A DNA stretch of 64,000 bases from a virus (lineage: Duplodnaviria; Caudoviricetes), in the IMG/VR virus record IMGVR_UViG_3300021256_001754, positions 96,001 to 160,000 of that record, one strand, 5' to 3'. The position numbers and the translations under genes were made by a program. The first letter of the stretch is position 1. The number at the start of each line of letters is the position of its first letter. Below the pieces are notes generated by a model. It saw only the letters and a list, made by a program, of their open reading frames with translations. It did not search any database and was not told the origin of the DNA. Below, piece after piece: positions 58,020-64,000 of the stretch.

Positions 58020-60350
58020 TTACTTTGTAATCATATTAAGTTTAACCGAGATTTCTTCGATGGTCTTCTTAAGCTGTTTCTGAGTTCTTTCAAGTTCAGA
58101 AATCTTATCATAAGAGTCTTTAAGAGCTCTCTTAATATAAGGCATAAGAATATTAAGTTCCTGACCAGACTTAATATTAGCAAGTACATCTAAAGTTGTA
58201 CCTGTAGTGGCAAGATTCCATACAATCTTCTTTGTAGAGATATCAAGATCATGTAACTGATCTCCACTGATAAGTTCAACCGCTCTCTTTAGTCCAGCAA
58301 TATCAGTATTAAGAGCTGCACCAGACTTAATATTAGCCAATGCTTCCTGAGCTGTGATAGAAGTATTCTCTACAAATTTAACAGTCTTATTTGAAATATC
58401 ATCTGTCTGTTCTGTAAGCTCTATTGCTCTCTTAAGAGCTGCAATATTTGCAGACAATGAATTACCACTTAATACAGATTGTAAAGCAAGACTTCTTGTA
58501 GAAGCTTTATTTGGTTTAAATGCTACAGGTTTTGCTGATATATCAGCATTTGCTGGCATTTTGTTTTTATCAAGTAATAATATCGCCTGTTTTAATGCAC
58601 TTACAGCATCTGCTATTGCAATTCCGGTCTTTACAGAATTTCCTACTGTAGTGGCAGAGGTACCCTTTACATCTTTTAATATAAGTCCTTCTTTGTTGAT
58701 ATTTACAGGCTGAGGTATCTTCTTGTCTAATAACTCAATACCTCTCTTAAGATCTGCAACTATAACAGATAATTCTGTACCTGTTACAATCTTAGCCATT
58801 AACTTAGTTGGATCAGATGTAGACGAATCTGCATTTGTAAATGATACTCTTCCAGAACCTACATTTGAAAGAAGTTGTTTATTCTTATCATCTACAGTCT
58901 TTACTGTGTTATCAACTTTATCGTTTAATAACTCAATAGATCTCTTAAGAGATGCTACGATAGATTTAAGCTGCTTGCCAGATTTAGCATTTGTCTCAAC
59001 AGCTGCAACAGAAGTGGAGTTATCGTCGATATATTCTATAGTCATATTAGAAATATCTATCTCATGATCGATAAGCTCTATAGCTTTCTTAAGACCAGCA
59101 ATGATTGTTCCTAATGAGTTACCAGATTCAACTGTATTTAAAGCAGCCTTCTCTGTACTAGCATTAGATTCTTTGAATATAATATCTTTATAAGATATAT
59201 CTACTAAATCCGGAATAGCATTATCAACTTTCTTCCCTTCATTGGTTGATATATGTATCTGATTTTCTTGTAGAGTTTCTTCTGATCCCTGATATACACC
59301 TGACTTATCAATATCATCCATGATACTTCTAAGAGATGCATTAAGTTTACGTGCACCAAGAATAGCTGTCTCTTCTCCGTAGTCACTTGTATCATCTGTA
59401 AGCTCTATTGCTCTCTTAAGAGCACCAACAAGAATACCAAGCTCATCTGTCTGATCCACCTCGTCTAATGCATCTTCTTTTGTTTCTGCATAAGAAGGCA
59501 CATATTCAATCTCAGATTTGGTTACATTGATATTCTCTCCACCACCAATCTGTACAAGTTTGATAGCAGCTTTAAGACCTGATATGATATTTTTAAGTTT
59601 ATTTCCACTGCCAGCTTCATCTAAAGCTTCTTTAACTGTTTCTGCTTTAGATTCGTCGTAGGTTATAACTGAATTTCCTACATCTGTTGGAGATGGTGGA
59701 GTAGGACCAGGACCTGGAATCTCTTGTTCTACTAACTCAATAGCATTTTTAAGAGCTCCAATTACAACTCCTAATTCTTTACCAGCAGTTACATTTGCTA
59801 AGGCTTCTGATGCATCCTTATACTCATCTTCAACTACTTTAGAGAGTTTCTCTACAGCAATATCAATTCCTGTACCACCCTGCTCATAGGTGATCTTGAT
59901 AGCCTGTGTTAATGTACCAAGAACAATACTAAGCGACTCTTTCTCTGTAAGAGCAGCTAATGCTTCTTCTACAGTATCATATTTCTTGGTTTCTAAATCA
60001 GGCTGTACTTTCTCTTTACCGATATCTATAATTTGACCAGAACCAGAAGCAGTAAGCTCTATGGCTTTCTTAAGATTAGAGATAATAGTTTTTACATCAG
60101 CACCGGAAACGACCTTCTCGAGAGCTTCACTTAAAGTTTCAACTTCAGACTCTGAGAAATACAGTTCATCTGTAGATGTATCTCCAAGTCTATAAGGAAG
60201 ATCTTTATATTTAGTTTCACCATCACCATATTTGACTCTAATATTATCAGAATCATTTGGTGGTAATTCGATAAACAGTTCACCATATCCAAGAACTAAA
60301 TCAGGATTTGGATAACCTGTAGGAAAATCTTTAAAAATCGACGTTCTCAT
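58020..60350 (-). CDS. Fibre-like protein: Mtd_N-like head + about 14 helical repeats
   Basis: LGYGELFIE...KYGDGETKYKDLPY, then repeats ending SG..L...IA.LKRAIEL. Confidence 0.75.
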   Translation of the reverse strand: MRTSIFKDFPTGYPNPDLVLGYGELFIELPPNDSDNIRVKYGDGETKYKDLPYRLGDTSTDELYFSESEVETLSEALEKVVSGADVKTIISNLKKAIELTASGSGQIIDIGKEKVQPDLETKKYDTVEEALAALTEKESLSIVLGTLTQAIKITYEQGGTGIDIAVEKLSKVVEDEYKDASEALANVTAGKELGVVIGALKNAIELVEQEIPGPGPTPPSPTDVGNSVITYDESKAETVKEALDEAGSGNKLKNIISGLKAAIKLVQIGGGENINVTKSEIEYVPSYAETKEDALDEVDQTDELGILVGALKRAIELTDDTSDYGEETAILGARKLNASLRSIMDDIDKSGVYQGSEETLQENQIHISTNEGKKVDNAIPDLVDISYKDIIFKESNASTEKAALNTVESGNSLGTIIAGLKKAIELIDHEIDISNMTIEYIDDNSTSVAAVETNAKSGKQLKSIVASLKRSIELLNDKVDNTVKTVDDKNKQLLSNVGSGRVSFTNADSSTSDPTKLMAKIVTGTELSVIVADLKRGIELLDKKIPQPVNINKEGLILKDVKGTSATTVGNSVKTGIAIADAVSALKQAILLLDKNKMPANADISAKPVAFKPNKASTRSLALQSVLSGNSLSANIAALKRAIELTEQTDDISNKTVKFVENTSITAQEALANIKSGAALNTDIAGLKRAVELISGDQLHDLDISTKKIVWNLATTGTTLDVLANIKSGQELNILMPYIKRALKDSYDKISELERTQKQLKKTIEEISVKLNMITK

Positions 60351-60471
60351 TTATTCATTCCTCCTATAAATTTTCAGTACTTATATACTGTCTAATCTAG
60401 TTTGATTCATTATTGATATGTTTTTCGACAATCAATCTCAGTGAGATTAAATTCCCACTGAGAGTTATTTA

Positions 60472-60720
60472 TTACACTTTATACTTATCCAGCTTCTCTA
60501 TTAATCCACTTTTATTTATATAATCTTCATTTTCTGCTCGTATAACCAAAGTTAATTTTTTAGATAAATTTATAGAAAGAATTCCCATCAATGATTTTCC
60601 ATCTACAATATAATTACCATCGATAATATCAACGTCTATAGGCTGGTCTTCTACTAATGATATAAAAGAAACAACTCTATCCATACTATTAAATTTTATA
60701 GTGCTACTGTATTTAAACAT
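60472..60720 (-). CDS. HPr-like protein (Ser46 motif, no His15)
   Basis: VDGKSLMGILSINL. Confidence 0.8.
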   Translation of the reverse strand: MFKYSSTIKFNSMDRVVSFISLVEDQPIDVDIIDGNYIVDGKSLMGILSINLSKKLTLVIRAENEDYINKSGLIEKLDKYKV

Positions 60721-60806
60721 AAAATCTCCTCCTAAAAATAATTTAGTTATTATTTATGTTTAATACAACACCGTGATAATTATTAAAGAATTCTGGAGGA
60801 ATTAAA

Positions 60807-60974
60807 ATGATTGTCTTAATATTTTCACTTTCATTATTTATATCTACATGTATAACTTTTTTATCTATTTTTGTCTTTACCAAGATAATAAAGAAAGTTG
60901 ATACAGCTGTATTTATTACACTTGCAATATTGATAGTACTATTATCATTTTCGTTTACTGCAAATTTTATATAA
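60807..60974 (+). CDS. Small two-TM protein
   Basis: Hand-translated 55 aa after GGAGG. Confidence 0.55.
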   Translation: MIVLIFSLSLFISTCITFLSIFVFTKIIKKVDTAVFITLAILIVLLSFSFTANFI

Positions 60975-61014
60975 TAAAAATTACCCGTAGGAGTTATATC
61001 CTACGGGATATATT

Positions 61015-61653
61015 TTAAGAATCCATAATTTTCATAGCTTTAATTTTCTTCTGTAGAATTTCTATATCAGCCATTAATCTATTGCAATAAGATATCATCT
61101 TTACCTTATATCCATTTAATGGTTCTAATCCAAGATCTGATTTCTTATAAGCTTTCATATCCTGAGATAATCCTTTTATTGCATTTACAATACCAGCAAA
61201 TTCATTACTATTATCTCCACTAATAGCATTATTAATAGAAATGCCAGTAACAGCTATTTTACCAGCAACAGTTTTACTTATAGTAGCACCAAGAACAATA
61301 GTCAGAACAGGTATTGTAACTTGTACTGCTGATATAACTACAGCTAAACAAGTACCCATAACAGATTCACTAGGAGCTGAATTAATTTTAGATATTTCTG
61401 TTTTCATATTAGCCACTATAGGTTTCATATTACGAGCATGTTTTGCTGCTTCATTGTATTTCTTTTCTTTTATACATCTCTTACATTCTTTTGCTTCTTC
61501 TGTATATTGTTTTCTAAATTCTATAAATATTTTAGTAATATCTACATTTGCATCCTCTGATAACAACTGTGGTATATTATCAAATTTATCAAGTATAGAA
61601 TTTAACTCCATTAAGTCGTTATACTCTTCAGTAATATCTATCATATAATCCAT
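61015..61653 (-). CDS. Hypothetical, probable virion protein
   Basis: Acidic N-terminus ending LSED, hydrophobic core; late-type promoter upstream. Confidence 0.55.
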   Translation of the reverse strand: MDYMIDITEEYNDLMELNSILDKFDNIPQLLSEDANVDITKIFIEFRKQYTEEAKECKRCIKEKKYNEAAKHARNMKPIVANMKTEISKINSAPSESVMGTCLAVVISAVQVTIPVLTIVLGATISKTVAGKIAVTGISINNAISGDNSNEFAGIVNAIKGLSQDMKAYKKSDLGLEPLNGYKVKMISYCNRLMADIEILQKKIKAMKIMDS

Positions 61654-61704
61654 AATTTTACCTCATATATTTTTATAACAAAATTAATTATTAATTGAAT
61701 GTGA

Positions 61705-61950
61705 TTGTGTTATGGTGTTATATACAAGAATCATTATTATTATTATTATTATACCGATTGTGATCCAAATGATCTAGAGAACTTGTATGGTAATTATTAT
61801 TGGCATGAGCTTTTGATAAAGAGAGGGGTAATACCTTGTGAAGATTTACCAGTTGAATACTTATTTCCTAAAGAAGCTCCACGTTTTAAAAGACGTAATA
61901 AAGACTTTATGCATAATGGTACTTATTTCTGCAAGTTTCAGGATAGGTAA
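61705..61950 (+). CDS. Possible small hypothetical protein
   Basis: 81 codons with (TAT)6; no clear SD or start. Confidence 0.3.
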   Translation: MCYGVIYKNHYYYYYYTDCDPNDLENLYGNYYWHELLIKRGVIPCEDLPVEYLFPKEAPRFKRRNKDFMHNGTYFCKFQDR

Positions 61951-62051
61951 TTCATAAAAAGAGAGAGGAGACTATTATGTCTCCTCTCCATCTATTATTT
62001 TTCAATAATAAATCAAGTATTTTTAAGTACTTGCTTTAAGCTGCACTTATA

Positions 62052-63809
62052 TTATACAACTGCTCTCTGTGCATCCTTGTTAAGAATACGTGCACGAGAC
62101 TGAACCGGCTGATACTCCATAGGAAGCCATCTCTCAAAGGCATGTATACTTGGTAAGGCGGGATTGCTGATATTTCTAATCTCGTTAGAAACATAGAGCT
62201 GGTAATCATAGATTCTGTAGATAATACGCTCACTGTTATGAGGATTGATCAGAATGATAAGCTCATCTGTGTTACGAAGTTTATCAGAACCGATGAAGTT
62301 GTAAACTCTTCTATCAGACATATTGCAGATTGTCTGTGTATAGTCAAGAGTTACAGGTCCGATCTGTGCCGGTGCTGTGTAGCTATACTCCTTAGGAGTA
62401 ATCTTTCTGATTACAAGAGGATCGCCGAATACTGTGAATGTCATATTAGGATCGTTGAGAACCATAAGCATCTTAGATGTAAGAGCATCGAACCAATCCA
62501 TGAACTGGTGCTGACGATACTCTACAGCAGTAAGAGCGTACTCTGCAGGCGGTGCGAAATCGAACTCGTCGTAGAAGCTGTTTCTCTCATCCAGTCTCTT
62601 ATAAGAATCATCCAGGAACTCATGAATCTTATCATCCTTGTAGTTAGACATAACTGTCTTGAACATAGCAAGGTGCTTTGTAAGCTGGTTAACGTTGTAA
62701 AGAGCAGCGATATCCTTAACTTCGTTAGGAGATATTGTTGTATTGATAGGAGGAGCTGAAGGGATCTCAATGAGATCTGTATCAACCTTCCACATTGTGT
62801 GGCAAGTCTCAAGCATAGCAGATGAAGAATCAAGCTTAGCCTGAAGTCTTACCTTAGCAACAACACCCTTCATATCGATGATATTGAAGAGGTTCTTATT
62901 CATTGTACCGGAAATAACGATTTCCTTAGTAACAACTGCACCAGTTGCATCTCTGAATGAAGCAGTAAGCGGCTTTGTGCAAATACGATCAAAGTGATGT
63001 GGTCCACCATAGTTAGGAAGGAACTTAATATCTGTACGGAACCAGATATCTGTTGTTACATCCTCTGTAGCGATCTTTGCCATCTCAGGTCTTCCGCCTA
63101 CATAACCTTCCTCATCTGGAAGTGCATCGCCCTCTTTGATCAGAGCGTTCTTAATCTGAATTCCGACGATACGAGCATTGATATCAATGTTATCAAGTGC
63201 TGTGCCGCCGAAGTATGTTGTAACGATATCAGTATCTTCTGTTACAGGAAGAGTGAGCTCGATTGTCTTAACAGGGTTCGTTGAATCGATAGCCTCTGTC
63301 ATCTTGTTCTGCTCATAGAACATATCGATCTCTGTTCCATCCGGCTTAACCAGGATACGTCTCTCAAGAGAGATAGGGAACTTATTTGACTGTGCAGTAA
63401 CCTTCTGGATACCACCCTTGTCGAATACGTTATTCATAAGAATAAGCTTATGGATTGGCAGTGCCATACCGATCATCGGTGAATAGTCAGCCGGAGCTGC
63501 ATGCTCGTTCATAGCTTCGATGTCGTTATCGAACTGAGCCTCTGCCTCTTCCTTAAGATCTTCGATATCTTCTGCATCAAGGTTTTTATTTGAAAAATCA
63601 TACATGTTCTCTGTAAAGAACTTCTTCATATGATTCTTGGAAGCTCCTCTACGAAGAACCTTCTTAGGCTCCTCAAATATATCGAGCTGATCTTCTGTTA
63701 AGATAGCCTTAGCTGTTTCTGTAAAGGCCTTCGCAAAAGCGTAGTTCGGATCTTTACGATAAGAATTTCCAGCATTAGCATAGCTTTTCTGTCTTTCGCC
63801 AACTAACAT
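62052..63809 (-). CDS. Probable major capsid protein
   Basis: 585 aa, strongest codon bias in the window, acidic N-terminal propeptide-like region, strong SD; no database confirmation. Confidence 0.55.
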   Translation of the reverse strand: MLVGERQKSYANAGNSYRKDPNYAFAKAFTETAKAILTEDQLDIFEEPKKVLRRGASKNHMKKFFTENMYDFSNKNLDAEDIEDLKEEAEAQFDNDIEAMNEHAAPADYSPMIGMALPIHKLILMNNVFDKGGIQKVTAQSNKFPISLERRILVKPDGTEIDMFYEQNKMTEAIDSTNPVKTIELTLPVTEDTDIVTTYFGGTALDNIDINARIVGIQIKNALIKEGDALPDEEGYVGGRPEMAKIATEDVTTDIWFRTDIKFLPNYGGPHHFDRICTKPLTASFRDATGAVVTKEIVISGTMNKNLFNIIDMKGVVAKVRLQAKLDSSSAMLETCHTMWKVDTDLIEIPSAPPINTTISPNEVKDIAALYNVNQLTKHLAMFKTVMSNYKDDKIHEFLDDSYKRLDERNSFYDEFDFAPPAEYALTAVEYRQHQFMDWFDALTSKMLMVLNDPNMTFTVFGDPLVIRKITPKEYSYTAPAQIGPVTLDYTQTICNMSDRRVYNFIGSDKLRNTDELIILINPHNSERIIYRIYDYQLYVSNEIRNISNPALPSIHAFERWLPMEYQPVQSRARILNKDAQRAVV

Positions 63810-64000
63810 GGTTGTATTCCTCCTTATATGTAATTAAATATCATTTCGGGTTGTATCTTAGAATATATTATGGGATAAATAGATTTAGTTTACATGCTTT
63901 TCGCAAATCGTTCTAAACTATTTACTTCTATGTTATTTCTTACCTATTGTACTGGTAGAAAAATGTAGTATAAATACACATTTTATACCCGTATAATTCC

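Noticed and set aside
61705-61950. A twelfth start-less cassette
   Set aside because: No TGATGA core and no resemblance to tip domains.

Overview
Very AT-rich 64-kb segment of a jumbo phage of the phiKZ/AR9(PBS1)-related type, probably infecting a gut or rumen Clostridia/Lachnospiraceae-like host. The host call is an inference from choline-binding-type endolysin repeats, a clostridial HPr-like gene and Firmicutes-style SD sequences. Core genes: three multisubunit RNA polymerase pieces (beta, beta' N-part with DYDGD, beta' C-part), DnaB-like and SF2 helicases, SbcD-like and PD-(D/E)XK nucleases, PhoH, a probable major capsid protein, a 1650-aa repeat tail fibre, endolysin and tRNA-Thr. Auxiliary genes include PAS-GGDEF, nicotinamidase, SLOG, HPr-like and GT2. 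Main observation: 11 silent + strand cassettes scattered through intergenic gaps from 21.1 to 47.2 kb. Each begins in frame at the same core T|GAT|GAN (Asp-Asp/Asp-Glu), and 10 of the 11 have no ATG before it. Most resemble receptor-binding tail-fibre tip domains. The last one is a DGR-type C-type-lectin target with VR, hairpins and a deleted avd/RT remnant. This looks like a dispersed library of swappable adhesin tips; neither the expressed acceptor gene nor a recombinase is in this window. Also noted: a shared IxPIYF peptide motif on DNA-handling proteins, a family of apparently inactive prohead-protease-like paralogs, two phage promoter classes and several candidate small RNAs.
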